In this document: positions 11,669 to 24,089 of the stretch, in pieces | Layout: each line of letters opens with the position of its first letter | Position numbering within the stretch: position 1 is the stretch's first letter | From: Utricularia gibba | Lineage: Eukaryota; Plantae; Magnoliophyta | Length of the DNA: 64,000 nucleotides | NCBI GenBank assembly: GCA_002189035.1 | Contig: NEEC01000011.1 | Location: 1,798,001 to 1,862,000, forward strand | Reading direction: 5' to 3' | Position numbers and translations under genes: made by a program | Notes under the pieces: model-generated | What the model saw: only the letters and a program-made list of their open reading frames with translations | Database searches by the model: none | Told to the model about the DNA's origin: nothing

Positions 11669-14515
11669 ATGAGTTTCCAAGATCTGGAAGCTGGTCGTGG
11701 GGGTGTTGCGAGGAAGATGAATGGACGGCAGGATCCTACGCAGGCCGTTGCCTCTGGGATATTCCAGATTAACACGTCTGTTTCTACATTCCAGCGGCTA
11801 GTTAACACCCTTGGTACACCCAAGGACACGCCTGAGCTACGGGAAAAGCTGTTAGTGCTTGTTTTTTTATTAGTAATGTGATTGGCTCAGCTTATTTCAG
11901 ATCTTCGGTGTAGGTTTTTGAATGTAGAATCACCGTGAATCCGATGTCGATTCAATTCAAATAAAAATGGGAAATTGAAGAAGGGATGGGTAATAATCTA
12001 AAGTTAGGGAAGCAACCTGGTGTTTTCTGAATGTCGTATTGGATCACTAGTTATACATGGCGTGCTGCTGTTTGTCCCTAAAAAACAAAGGGTTGCTTCG
12101 AAATGTTTTCTGCATTTTTTTGCTATGATTTCAGAACTAGCTTACCTAAACATTTGGAGCAACTTTATTGGTGATGTTGATGTTATGACATTATCTCTTT
12201 TTCGATATAATGTACGTTATGCATTACGAATTGCAGGCATAAAACTCGTTTACACATCGGGCAGCTAGTTAAGGATACTTCTACTAAACTAAAGCAAGCG
12301 AGTGATGCAGATCATCTGCATGAAGCCAGTGTATGTTTCCCAGTTTAATATGTTTTCAGTCTACTAAACTGGAATCCTTGTCCTGTATATTATTTGATGG
12401 CTTATGTTACTGACTAGGGTCTTTTAGTTTTTTAGTCAAATTCTGGAGCTGGAGTAGAATCTTAATTTGCATCTAATGAAAATATCGAATCAAAAAAGTT
12501 GTGGCTAATGAGGGGTTTCGGGGATTTGTGTAAATCATTGATTGACGCCTCCTTTTGTTTCAGGCAAGCAAGAAAATTACTGATGCTAAACTTGCCAAAG
12601 ACTTTCAAGCTGTACTGAAGGAGTTTCAGAAAGCTCAACGGCTCGCTGCAGAGAGGGAGACAGCATACACTCCTTCTATTTACCAATCTGTTCTTCCGTC
12701 TGGGTAAGTTATTTGTATGCTCCAAGTCATGAATGCCTACCACATTGGAATTATTCTGATGACATCTAGCATAACTTGAGTACTTTGCTCAGTTTTCTAA
12801 TCATTTTTTATAAACTTGACGTTGCATGTAGCTACCCAGCTGGTGATACTGATGCAAGTGGAGATAGAAGTCCTGAACATCGTGCTCTTCTCATGGAATC
12901 TAGAAGGTATAATACAGGGACCTTGCATTTATGATAGAATAATTTAGATCCCGGCAAGTATGTGAAACCTGCTGACATATAAGCGCACCGAATTAATAAA
13001 TCAGAAAAGTAATTTTCCTTCAGAATGATCTCAGCATCTACTGCTACGTTTTTATGGAATCCAAATTCGTAGTTTTCTTTTCTCCAAAAAAGCATTGTTG
13101 GTAAGTTTCATTTATATTTAAATTTTGATGGCATGATCTCTGAGTCACAGTTTGTTGGAAATTTGTATAAAATTGAAACCGATACATGGAGTATGTTTGC
13201 AAATGGAAGACCAGATTTCCATTTTAAATCTAAGTGAATCTACTAGATTTTGGTATAGCTTTCCAACTGCGGATGCTTTGTAAAAGGCTCTGTACTTACT
13301 GTAATTTTTTTTTTATCTAGGCAACATGTACTGCTGTTGGACAATGAAATTTCTTTCAATGATGCCATAATCGAGGAAAGGGAGCAGGGGATCCAAGAAA
13401 TACAGCAGCAAATTGGAGAAGTGAATGAGATTTTCAAAGATCTTGCTGTATTGGTTCATGAACAAGGAACTATGATTGGTGAGTGTCCTGGACAGCGTTA
13501 GCAGCGCCCTGTATATTAAAACTAACATGAGTGTCTGCATTTTGATCTAGATGACATTGGAAGTAACATTGAGGGTGCTCGTGCATCAACTGTACAAGCA
13601 AAATCTCATCTTATCAAAGCCGCGAAGACCCAGAAATCAAATTCATCCATGGTGAGTTAGTAGTTTATGAGCTACGTTTGATAGCCAACTTCTCTTCTGC
13701 TTTATTTGGACATGTTCTTTACAGGCTCAGTTGTTTCCGTTGGATATGAATTTTCTTTGATTAACATTTTTTTTCATATCTGGTATCAATAATCTGGGGA
13801 TCAGGGGTGATACTGATTGTTGGTTGCACTCCTTTTTTTGTCGTGTGCAGTTCTTATTGCCGTAGTTTTGATTTAGCACTGCTTAATTGAATATCTGATG
13901 TGTTGGCGTGGAGTTGAGTTTCAGTCTTGTTTTTTCATAGATCTTATTAATCTCATGACAATTGCTGAGCTAATCTCACACACACAGCACATTGTCACCA
14001 CACACTTTGTCTTCCCATTACCGTCCTTCCCTTTTTTTTTTTTATCATACATGTACCCTACGTGAATCCTCAGTTGCTCCCACTCTATGTTCTTATCAGA
14101 GGTACCAATCTTTAAGTACCCTTTTCACTTATGAGTGATTAAGGACTATTAGTGAATATGGGCAAACTGTGAACAAGATGACAGAAGAACAGTTAACCCC
14201 ACTGTCTCCACCCACAGTCAGAGGAATTATCTTGCAGTGCACAAACGGACACATTTTCAATTTAAGGATCGCTGCGTCAAGATAGATGGTTCTTAAGCTT
14301 TGCATGTTTAATTTTCCCATAGTGGTGGAATACAGTCTGTGATAACCATGTCTTCATTTCTCAATGTGATGAATGCCAGTGATTTTTTAAATCTGGCCAG
14401 GGCATTGGACTTGCTTGAATCTCTAATGATCACACTTTCCCACTTGCAGACATGCTTGATGCTCGTGATTTTTGCTGTCATGCTTCTCATACTAACCGTA
14501 GTGTTCGTTGCATGA
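11669..14515 (+). CDS. SYP22: Qa-SNARE syntaxin, SYP2 family (SYP22-like), 7 exons
   Basis: [10 protein letters not shown]...[15 protein letters not shown]|[15 protein letters not shown]...|...[33 protein letters not shown]|...|[21 protein letters not shown] (TM exon 14450-14515). Confidence 0.93.
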
Positions 14516-15370
14516 CGATGGCTCCAAAGTATGAACATCCATGAACCGATGTTGGTGCCTGCGAAACCACCATTGTCTATTGCAGGGGAGCATGTTGTGG
14601 TTTCATATCCAGATAATGGCGCCATGCATGGATGGCACAGCAGCAGCATCGCGGGTATCTGTTGCGTTGTACATTCTCATTGTATCGTCTGTCATGATTG
14701 CCAAGAACTGCTTCCATTTTTTGAACCGTGTGTGTTGTGTACATCTCAAGGTTGCAAACTGCAATGACATTCGTTACTTCACTCTCTATTCCAGAATGCG
14801 GCGCCGTGAGCTCAACAAGCGTTGCTCTGTGTGCCCATTCTACCGCCCCAAATTGCTCAAAGTTGAAATACAACAGAGATGATGGTTAGGCATCAAGAAA
14901 CCCCTTGGAGGGTAAGTATATTTTGAAGAGAAGGGCAAGGGTCTTTTTTGTAATTTCAAATTTCGAAATTAATTATAAAAAATTATTGAATTTTACAAAT
15001 TCTCATTTTATTAATTAAATAAAAAACTAATTATAAAAAAGTTATATTATTCACTTTTAAATATAAAAAATTCTGTATTTTCATATTAAATTTTGTTCAA
15101 AAAAGAAACACCACAACTTACAAATGTAATAAATAAGGAAAAAAAACCCTCATTTTTTAAAACGATATAATATATAAAACTACTTTAGTCAAATTTAAAT
15201 AATATGATTATTAAAAAAATATGTTGATTAACTGAACTAGACGTTCTGTTAATTGATTTCACTGCTGCCCCAGTTTTTAGAAACTCACGGCTTCTTTTTC
15301 TCTCCTTCTGTGTCTTGTTCTCGGACATCGAAGAGAGTTTTCCGACGATTCCCCTCCTCCGATCACTCAC

Positions 15371-16372
15371 ATGATTCGCTATGGACGATTTACGACTGTC
15401 GAATCGTACACTTTCCGGCCAGGTTGGATCGTCTCCTCGAAATACTCCCTCCATCCGCCATCCCATCCTCATCCGCCACCGCCGTCGTATTCATACCCCC
15501 CTCTCACCATCATCCTCACCATCGTCCTCCTCGTATGCTTCTTCGTCGGCTTCTTTTCAATATACTTTTGCCGTTGTTTCATGCAGAACGTACTGTACAC
15601 GTGGCATCTACGCCACACCGCCGCCGGGACACCGGGTGGAAGACCCAACGCCGCATCCAAATCCGGCGGTCTGGATCCCTCGATAGTGCAGTCTTTCCCC
15701 ACCTTCCCATACTCCAGCGTCAAAGACTACCGGAAAGAAAAATACGGGCTGGAGTGCGCCATATGCCTCGTCGAGTTCCACGCCGCCGACATCCTCCGTC
15801 TCCTCACAGCGTGCTGCCATGTTTTCCACCAGGAGTGCATAGACCTCTGGCTCGAGACCCACAAATCCTGCCCTGTCTGTCGGAGAAATCTTGACTCCCC
15901 GGTACGCTCAGACATATTTCCAATTTGTCAGAACTGATTTTTTATTTTGATTCATTCCATGGAACATTTTTCTAGAAAACAACTAATTAGGTTTCGTCAA
16001 CAGATCCATTCTCCGTTGAAGTCTCCGGCGATCTCATTCCTCGGAGTGGAGAGCAACCACGTTGAAGACACCATCAGCATCACGATCAAGTCCGAAAACG
16101 AGCACGGCACAGAGGACGGCCAAGGGGTCTCTTCTTCAATCGGAGAACACGAAAATGATCTGCAGATCGATGTCGAAAGGTTTCCGAGATCGCACTCGAC
16201 GGGGCATTCGATCCTAAGAAGCAGAGAAGAAGAAGAAGCAAGATTCACGCTGAGATTGCCTGAGGATGTGAAGCATCGCATCATCAGAGGCCACAATTCC
16301 AGCAAGAGCTGCACCCTTTTCGGTGAGCTCAAGGAGAAACCTAGCGGCAGAAACGTACCACTTGATGAGTGA
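15371..16372 (+). CDS. ATL RING-H2 E3 ligase (ATL29/ATL30-like); exons 15371-15901 and 16004-16372
   Basis: TM segment PPLTIILTIVLLVCFFVGFFSIYFC, GLD motif, RING-H2 CAICLVEF...CCHVFHQECIDLWLETHKSCPVCR, and C-terminal FPRSHSTGHSI and FTLRLPEDVK. Confidence 0.9.
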
Positions 16373-17222
16373 ACGTGTTACTTTTTTCTATTTTTACGGA
16401 TTTTTTTTCTATTTATACCATTGTTTAATCACAATACACATAATTTGAGATGAATTCATTTCACATTTTAATCTTATGATTCGTGAAATGTTGCTTCGGT
16501 GCATATTTACTAATTTTTTTACCATTCTCTTTATTTATATTATGTTTGGTAGATATGTTTAATTATTTAAATTTTATGAATAATACATATTTAATAGATA
16601 TATTTTTTAAAATATACGTTTTCGATCGTTTGGCATACTTTCATTATATTATATTATCCGTTTTAGAAATTTGATTCTTGAACATAGGGGTTTAAAACAG
16701 CATCCAATGAACTGCCCCACTTTAAAAGTAATTATCTTGACGATTGTAAAGATTTATTTTAAAAAAACGTGTAAAATTCTTATGGTTTTATTTAATAGGT
16801 ATTTTAAAATTCATTTAAGGATTTCTTATTTAATATAATGATTTAATAAAAAAATTTAAATTAGATTGAAATTTTCATTTTAAAATGATTTTAGAAAAAT
16901 TTAAATAAATTACACATATTTATAGGAAATAAGGGAAAATGAGTGTTTTATATTACATTTACTTATGCATAATTTATTTACCATAATTAAATCTATCTGT
17001 CTAATTTATTATTATTATTATTAAAAGTGTGCAACATTTACAGTGGGCACCCCCACCCTCTCTGACAAGGGGCAGAACGCTACACCCTGAACAACAAAAT
17101 CAATAATGATATTTTATTTTTTTTCTTTCAAATTTTATTATTTATAAATAATAAATAATAGCAATAATAATCCTCTTGTCTTTCCTTTGAAGCCGCTCAA
17201 TTCTCTCTTCATGTTTACTTTC

Positions 17223-18473
17223 ATGGCTCTCGAAGCTCTCTCCACCTCCGAACTCTTGAATTACATCATCTACGACGCCGCTGTTGCTCCGGAAATCGTT
17301 CTACCCGATGTCAATGCCACACAAACACCGCCTCCTCCTCCTCCTCCGCCGCCGCCGCCGCCGTCGGGTTCTGTCGTTGCTCCCAGGAAGAAGCGACGGC
17401 GCCGGCCGAGGATTTGTAGGAACAAGGAGGAGGAGGAGACGCAGAGAATGACCCACATAGCAGTTGAGAGAAACCGGCGGAAGCAAATGAACGAGCATCT
17501 CGCCGTTCTCCGCTCCCTCATGCCGGAATCTTATGTTCACAGAGTAAGAGTGATAGAGTTCCCCTCTTGTCAACGATGAATTTAATAGCTTCCTTACAAG
17601 ATACATAATTTTGTAGGGGGATCAGGCATCGATTGTGGGAGGAGCGATCGACTTTGTGAAGGAATTGGAGCATGTTCTGCAAACATTACAAGCGAAAAAG
17701 GCCAGCGCCGCCGCGAACGCCTCCGGCGGGGAAGAGAACCCGTTTTCCCACTTCTTCTTATACCCACAAATCAGTCAGTTGGGCCATAAATACGTCTCCC
17801 AAACCAAAACCCCAGTCGCCGACATCGAAGTCGTCTTGATCGAAACCCACGCCCACATCAGAATTCTCTGCCGCCACCGCCGCCGCCGGGGCTCTCATCT
17901 CTCCCAACTCGTCATCTCCTTCCACGCCGCCGCCCTCTCCATCCTCCACCTTAACGTCACCACTCTCGAACCCCTCCTCCTCTACTCCATCAGCGCCAAG
18001 GTACGTACAACCTAATCAATATTATATACTTTCCATTTTCCATTCTCATTATCTCAACAAAGAACCCTAAACAACCCAAAACGACACCGTACGATCTAAT
18101 CCCACCTTTACATGCATCTCCATCGCAACCCAGTTGCATTTACTCTACTGAGCATAGATTCTCAGCAAATGGAAACGGAAATCTTACAGCAGCAGCAGCA
18201 GCAGCGAAGGAAACAAAACTGGAACTCTGGAAACAGACAGATGCAAAGGAATCTGCTTTTTACGCTGCGCAGATTCCACAGAGCAATCTGGGGATTGGGT
18301 TTCATGCATTTACTTCTCTCCCTCCATGTGAAAAACTGGTGTGTTTGTTTTTTTCTCTTTTGTAGGTGGAAGAAGGGTGCCAGTTCGCTTCTGCAGACGA
18401 CATTGCCGGAGCAGTTCATCACATGCTTCTGATCCTGCAGGACGAAGATGCTGCTGTAGGTTATCAGTCTTAG
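17223..18473 (+). CDS. bHLH subgroup Ia transcription factor (bHLH71-like); exons 17223-17543, 17617-18000, 18366-18473
   Basis: MALEALST... [34 protein letters not shown]|[19 protein letters not shown], followed by the C-terminal ACT-like domain ...YSISAK|[21 protein letters not shown]. Confidence 0.92.
17327..17362 (+). repeat. CCG/CCT trinucleotide tract encoding poly-Pro in the bHLH
   Basis: ccgcctcctcctcctcctccgccgccgccgccgccg. Confidence 0.8.
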
Positions 18474-18829
18474 AAATGTACTATACACCTTGTTATTATC
18501 GTATTTTCTTGAGCTTTATTGATCTAGATTTCCATTGATTTTTTTTCATGATTAAATTATGTAATTAATTAGTGACATAACACAATATCATTGGATGGGG
18601 AAATAACCAATACACTATTTTAAAAATTATAACAAACATTGGGGGTCAATTTGAAACATGTTCATCTCTACTTCATATTCATTTTGCAAAATCGTTAAAA
18701 TTTTATGAAAGAATTCATTTTTTTCAATAATTATATAAACTACGGTCATTTTGTGATGAAATTTTTGAGTATATTCATCTCTCAAATTTAGGTGGAGATA
18801 GATGACCATATTTTAAATTTATCCCAACA

Positions 18830-19220
18830 ATGATTATCTATTTGAAATAATTCTTTATTTTAAAAATAATTTTAGAAACATTCTAGTTATCACACATTAT
18901 ATTTATTCTAAAAAAAAATATAGAATAATTTACATAGACTTGAATTCTATTTCATTAGAATTACTTTTAAAAAAATATTTTTCAAGAAACAAAATCAAAT
19001 ATAAGCTCAGAGTTTATTTGAACAGTATTTTTTTCTAAAAAAAGCACTCAATAATTAATTTTTATCAACACAATTCCAAATTTTATTATGAAAAGAACAT
19101 GAATTTTAAAAGTAATTTATTATTTTCAATAAGATAAATATTTTTAAACTCATATTTTATTGAAAATACTTTTTAAAAAGTGATTTTGAACCAAAAAATA
19201 TTAGATCAAACAATCTCAAT
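18830..19220. mobile_element. One or two adjacent Tourist-like MITE relics
   Basis: Imperfect inverted ends of GTTTG/CAAAC type (gagtttatttgaac ... gatcaaacaatctc; tatttgaaat ... atcaaatataagctc) around AT-rich cores. Confidence 0.3.
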
Positions 19221-20832
19221 GGATGATTTAAATTAAAATAATCAATTATATAATAAATTATAAATCACAAACAATTAATTGAACTTAATATTTTCTAATG
19301 TAATGTATATTTTTTATGTAATTGTATTTTACATGTGATCGTACAATTTATTGAATATTTCATTTCAACAAGAAAAACCAATCTACCCACAGGTTTTCAC
19401 GCATACGGTCTTATCGACAGCCACTGGTCATGTTTTAGATTAATAAACCCTTGCAAAATAGTTATTATTTCTGGAATGAATCAGAGCCTAACATCGGCCC
19501 TCAGTGTCTTGTCGCGACGAGGAAGATAAGGACGAGGACAGAAACCAGTGAACCGGAAGTTTTCCCAGAAGCCAAATCCTCTTGTCAGAAGTCAAGAAGG
19601 AATCCGTGCAGTCTGTGGATCACCACACGCCATTTCCCCTCCTCCCTCTGCATTATCCGCAGCCCGCATACGCTTCAGAGCATCAGAATCAACCCCAAAT
19701 TTCAGAAAAAACCCTAACAGAGAAGAGCAGAAAGAGCTTCGACGGCATGAGTCGGTCTCGGGTTTCTCAGACGGCCGCTTCGAGAGGGTTTCGAAGGAAT
19801 ATCAGGGTTAAATGAGAGCGATGACACTAGAGGCTGCCACTGAGTGAAAGGAAGACGTAGCCTGAGGGTTGCATGCATGCATGCATGTGGTCCAAATGAA
19901 ATTATGCAGTTTTCTTTTTCACTACAAGGGTAAAAAGACAAAATATTTTAACAGTAGTAAATGGAACTCTGGTTTGGCCATTTCTGTTCTCTCTGTCTTG
20001 GTAGTTTTCTCAGAAGATTCTGTACCTCAGTTCATGTAGATATATTTTACTGTTAATATGTCTTTCCCGACAATGGATAGGGTGGATTAACCAATGGTTC
20101 TAAATTATCAACCAATTAACGGAATAAATACATAAAATTCATATCGTATCTTATATTTTGAATTATCTAAATTAAAAAATGATAAACGTTACTATTAAAA
20201 AATATAATTTATGAGTTTTCAACAGATACGGACGCAACTAACTAATGTATTTGATTGTTTAAGTTTGTATATGTGAAGGTTATTGAATGTGGTAAAAATA
20301 TAGTAAAAATAGTATTTAAATTTTGTAAATCTATCTAATTATTTTATTTTTAAAAATAAAAAGTATTTAATAATGAATATATTTTTAAGAAACGTCGTAA
20401 GCCCAACGAGAGCGAATTAATTCCAAGCCCAAGCCCAGGCCCAGCATAAACTTGAAGATACATTCAAATGGAAGAAAAGATGTACACGATAAGGATCCTC
20501 TCGCATCATTAATCTCCACCATCTGTAAAATTCACAAAATTAATTTTCATTATTTTACTATTAATTTCATTTTAAAAAATTTGATATAATTAATTCTCAA
20601 GATTTTAAAATAATTGCAAAACTAGTCATTACTATTTTTTAAAAAATAATTATTAATAATTTAATATCTATTATTTAAATTTCTCGATGTCGTATTCTTT
20701 CTTTTCTCAAGTCTGGAGAAAAGAAAGAAAAATTCCATGCAAAACCAAGGTTGAGAGAAAGGCATCAAATGAAGTGATTGAGTTTCGAAAATGGACCCAA
20801 TCATCCAACGTACGCTACACAACGGGGGATTC

Positions 20833-22358
20833 ATGACCCCCTTGCAAGTAACCGAGTAATCGGAACCCTAATCCTCGGCGCCGCACTCCTATCGGTCCTC
20901 CTCATTGGCGCCGGAATCTGGCTATCAACGCAGGCTTCCTCCTGCCTCAACTTCCTCCAGTGGCCCCTCATCGTCCTCGGAGTCCTCACCCTGATAGTCT
21001 CCATCGCCGGATCTGTTGCCTCCTTCCGGCGAAACTCGTGGTTCCTCGTGCTGTACCTCTGCGCGACGCCGATTCTCGTTGTGATTCTGGTATTCATACT
21101 GGGTTTTGCGTACGCTGTGACGATCAGAGGGTCGGGCCACTTGGTTCGGGATCGGGGTTACCTGGAATACGATCTGAATGACTTCTCCGTCTGGCTCCGG
21201 TGGAGGATCGGAGAATGGCACGGGATCCAAAGGTGTTTGAGGCTGGGGAAATCCAGACTGTGCGATGACCTGGATCAGGTTTATCGTCTGCCTCAAGATT
21301 TCTTTACCGCGCGGATCACTCCTCTCCAGGTATTTAGTACTTATATTTTAAATATAAATTAATTTTTGTTAATAATTAGTTTATCATAATATGTTTTAAA
21401 ATATCAATCTGGTCCAAAATTAAAATAGAAAATAAGTATCTAAAATAGTTTTTTATGAAGACTAAATATTTTTTTCTATTTTTTAAATTAAAAATCATTC
21501 ATATATGATAATAAAATTATTTTTAAAGTACTTTTATGAACATAGCTAATTCCAAATATAGTGTAAGATTAAGAGGTCGTTCGATAGGTATCAGTATATT
21601 TAAATATAGTGTAATTAAATATGTATATAATTATTTGTATATAAAATTTGATATTCGATAATAGAAGTATGAATATATAAATGATATACATATAATTAGA
21701 ACCATTTATCTATTTGTGTATACATCCCACATGCAATGGTACTTTTTAAACATGTGATTGATATAACGATGCAAAAGTGACATAAATCTTATATACTATA
21801 TTATCAAATACTTTCTAATTGTGCACATTTATTTAAAAATTTATTATTTCCATAAGTTTAATATGGTACTAATCACGTACTTAGTTTTCGTATTTTGGTT
21901 GATTAAAATACTAAAAAATATTTAATAGATTATCTTAATTAATAATATATTTTAATTATTTATATTGAGATAAATTCATATCATTTTAATATATTTTTTT
22001 TAAGACAGATGCTGTTATATATTGTTTTTTTTTTCAGTCAGGATGCTGCAAACCTCCAACAGGTTGCGGGTACACCTTCGTGAACCCGTCGTACTGGATA
22101 AACGCGACCGACTTGTCGGCCGGCGACGATTGCCGCCGGTGGAGCAACAACCAGACAGAGCTTTGCTTCGCCTGCGCTTCCTGCAAAGCTGGTTTTCTTG
22201 CTACTGTGAGGGGAGACTGGAGGAAATCCAATGCCATTGTTACAGCGGCGCTCGCCGGTCTGATCGCCTTGTACGCGGCGGTTTGCTGTGTCCTTGTTAG
22301 GCTCAAACTCCACCAACTCTTCGCTACGTATACGCAACAGGTTTTCACCCACATTTGA
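20833..22358 (+). CDS. TET1: Tetraspanin, TET1/TORNADO2-like; exons ~20833-21329 and 22038-22358; start is frameshifted, possibly a pseudogene
   Basis: SNRVIG...GAGIWL...CLNFLQWPLIVLG...VTIRGSGH...YLEYDLNDFSVWLR...TPLQ|SGCCKPPTGCGYTFVNPSYW...CASCKAG. The only nearby ATGs (20791, 20833) are out of frame. Confidence 0.8.
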
Positions 22359-22639
22359 GAGTGTTAGGAATATTATGGGTGTTGAATTGAGAGCCAAAAT
22401 GGGATTTGGATATGAGACGTGTGTTTTTTTAATATGCTAGACGGAAAAATATTACCATGGTACTTTATTTAATAATGCATTTAATTTATTAGTATTTAAA
22501 TAAATATATATTATATAGTTAAAATTCAAGTTTGTTTGGTATATAAATTTTGAATATATATGTTTAATAGATGTATGTAAAACAAAAATTTTAAAATTAA
22601 AGTAACACCCTGTAAAATTTTTAGAATTTATTTTTAATT

Positions 22640-22870
22640 TTTTAAAATTATTTTTTAAAAAATATAAATAATGGGTAAAAATATAATATATTATAAGTGT
22701 TCTAGAAAAATATAAAATAAGATATAAAAGTAGAAATAAAATATAAAAAATAATATATTCTTTACTCTTTGAAAACTAATTTTTATATAATAATTTCAAA
22801 ATTATTTTTGATAAAATTAATTTTATAATTGATATTTTTTTATAATAAAATTATTTTTATTTTTAAAAAA
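22640..22870. repeat. AT-rich dispersed repeat, copy 1 (similar to 36917-37080)
   Basis: Shares ttttaaaattatttt..aaaaa.tataaata and gata.aattaatttt.ataattgata...aataaaattattttta blocks with 36917-37080. Confidence 0.5.
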
Positions 22871-23161
22871 ATTAATAATATGTTTCAAAAATTTTCCAGT
22901 GGTTAAACATGTTTAGTAAAACCTACCTAGAATGTGAGTTGTAAATATATAGTTTGGAATGTTATACATTAATTTTGTAAAACACTCGTTTATTGCTAAG
23001 TTAATCTATCTAACATACATTATTATCAACACACAGATATTTACAATTCACCAAATTCTATACGATTTGTTTCCATAATTTGTTAGGAATTTCCTTAGTA
23101 CTATAAATACTTCCTAATCTCTCAAGTCTCACTGGACTCTATTCTCCCGCCAGAAGTTTCC

Positions 23162-24089
23162 ATGGAGTTCTTCCACATCGCAAGGTCCGTCCGCCTGAAA
23201 ACCAGCAAGGGTTTCTTCCTCTTCGCCGACAATGACGGCAAATCCGTCATCCTCAGTCGCCGGGGATGCTCCCCATCGGTGGATTGGGTGGTCCAAAATC
23301 TGGGAGGAAACTTCATCCGGTTGAAAAGTTGCTACGGGAATTATCTCACAGCCTCCCACGATCACCTTCCCTTCAACACTGGCCTGAAGGTGGTGCAGTC
23401 AATTCCGGATAGCATCGAGGGCTCCGCCGTCTGGGAGCCGGTTCTTGACAACGGCGCAATAAGGCTTAGGTCTTCGGAAGGGAGTCTACTTACGGCGAGT
23501 CAGGGGCTTCCCCCGCCGTGGCACAATTTTGTTTCGCATGGTGTTCCTCCTAAAACGACGCCGCATGACTCCGCTTCTTGGGAGATAGAAGCTGTCGAAT
23601 TCATCCCGCCTGAGTCCCCTGCGCCGCAGAAGTACGATTCACCGGACCTCCATTCGCCAGCAAGAAGCCATTCTTCCAACTCTCCATCATATGAGGTAAT
23701 CTATAGCTTTTCACATAAGATTCAAATCGAAATATAAGCCCTAGACACACATTTAATATGTTTCCAACATTGCAGGAAAGCCAATGTGATTCCCTGGAGC
23801 CTGATGAAGCATTCAGAATCTCCGAGGAGAGGGAGATTACAGTTCATTTCAAGTTATCTGAAAGGGGAAGATTCACGAGGCCCTGGGGGAGTTCACCATC
23901 AACTTCAAAGGAAGCAGCGTGGTGGAGTTGATGTGGAAGATAGAGGAAGAGTTGGGGATTCATGGGATTGCCCTTTGCCGTAGGAGTCCGGTCGACGGAA
24001 AACTGTTACCTCTCCCTTTGCGACTTACGGGCTACACCTCCACGATCATGGGCGTCGTCGTCCTTCTGCCCCCAAGAGCCTTGCCCTAG
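23162..24089 (+). pseudogene. DUF569 (actin-crosslinking/fascin-like beta-trefoil) gene with a frameshift in exon 2
   Basis: Exon 1 (23162-23695): MEFFHIARSVRLKTSKGFFLFADNDG...IRLKSCYGNYLTAS...WEP. Exon 2 from 23776 reads EREITVHFK and then stops at 23929. The conserved FKGSSVVEL...RSPVDGKLLPL lies in another frame. Confidence 0.75.

Noticed and set aside
14531-14882. Cys-rich ORFs after the SYP22 stop
   Set aside because: Lie in the probable 3'UTR with no conserved Cys spacing that I recognise.
15253-15894. 213-aa alternative-frame ORF over the ATL gene
   Set aside because: Overlapping frame in GC-rich coding DNA; the RING-H2 frame explains the region.
19860-19900. (TGCA)n tract as a pri-miRNA hallmark
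   Set aside because: No long fold-back and no conserved miRNA sequence recognised nearby.
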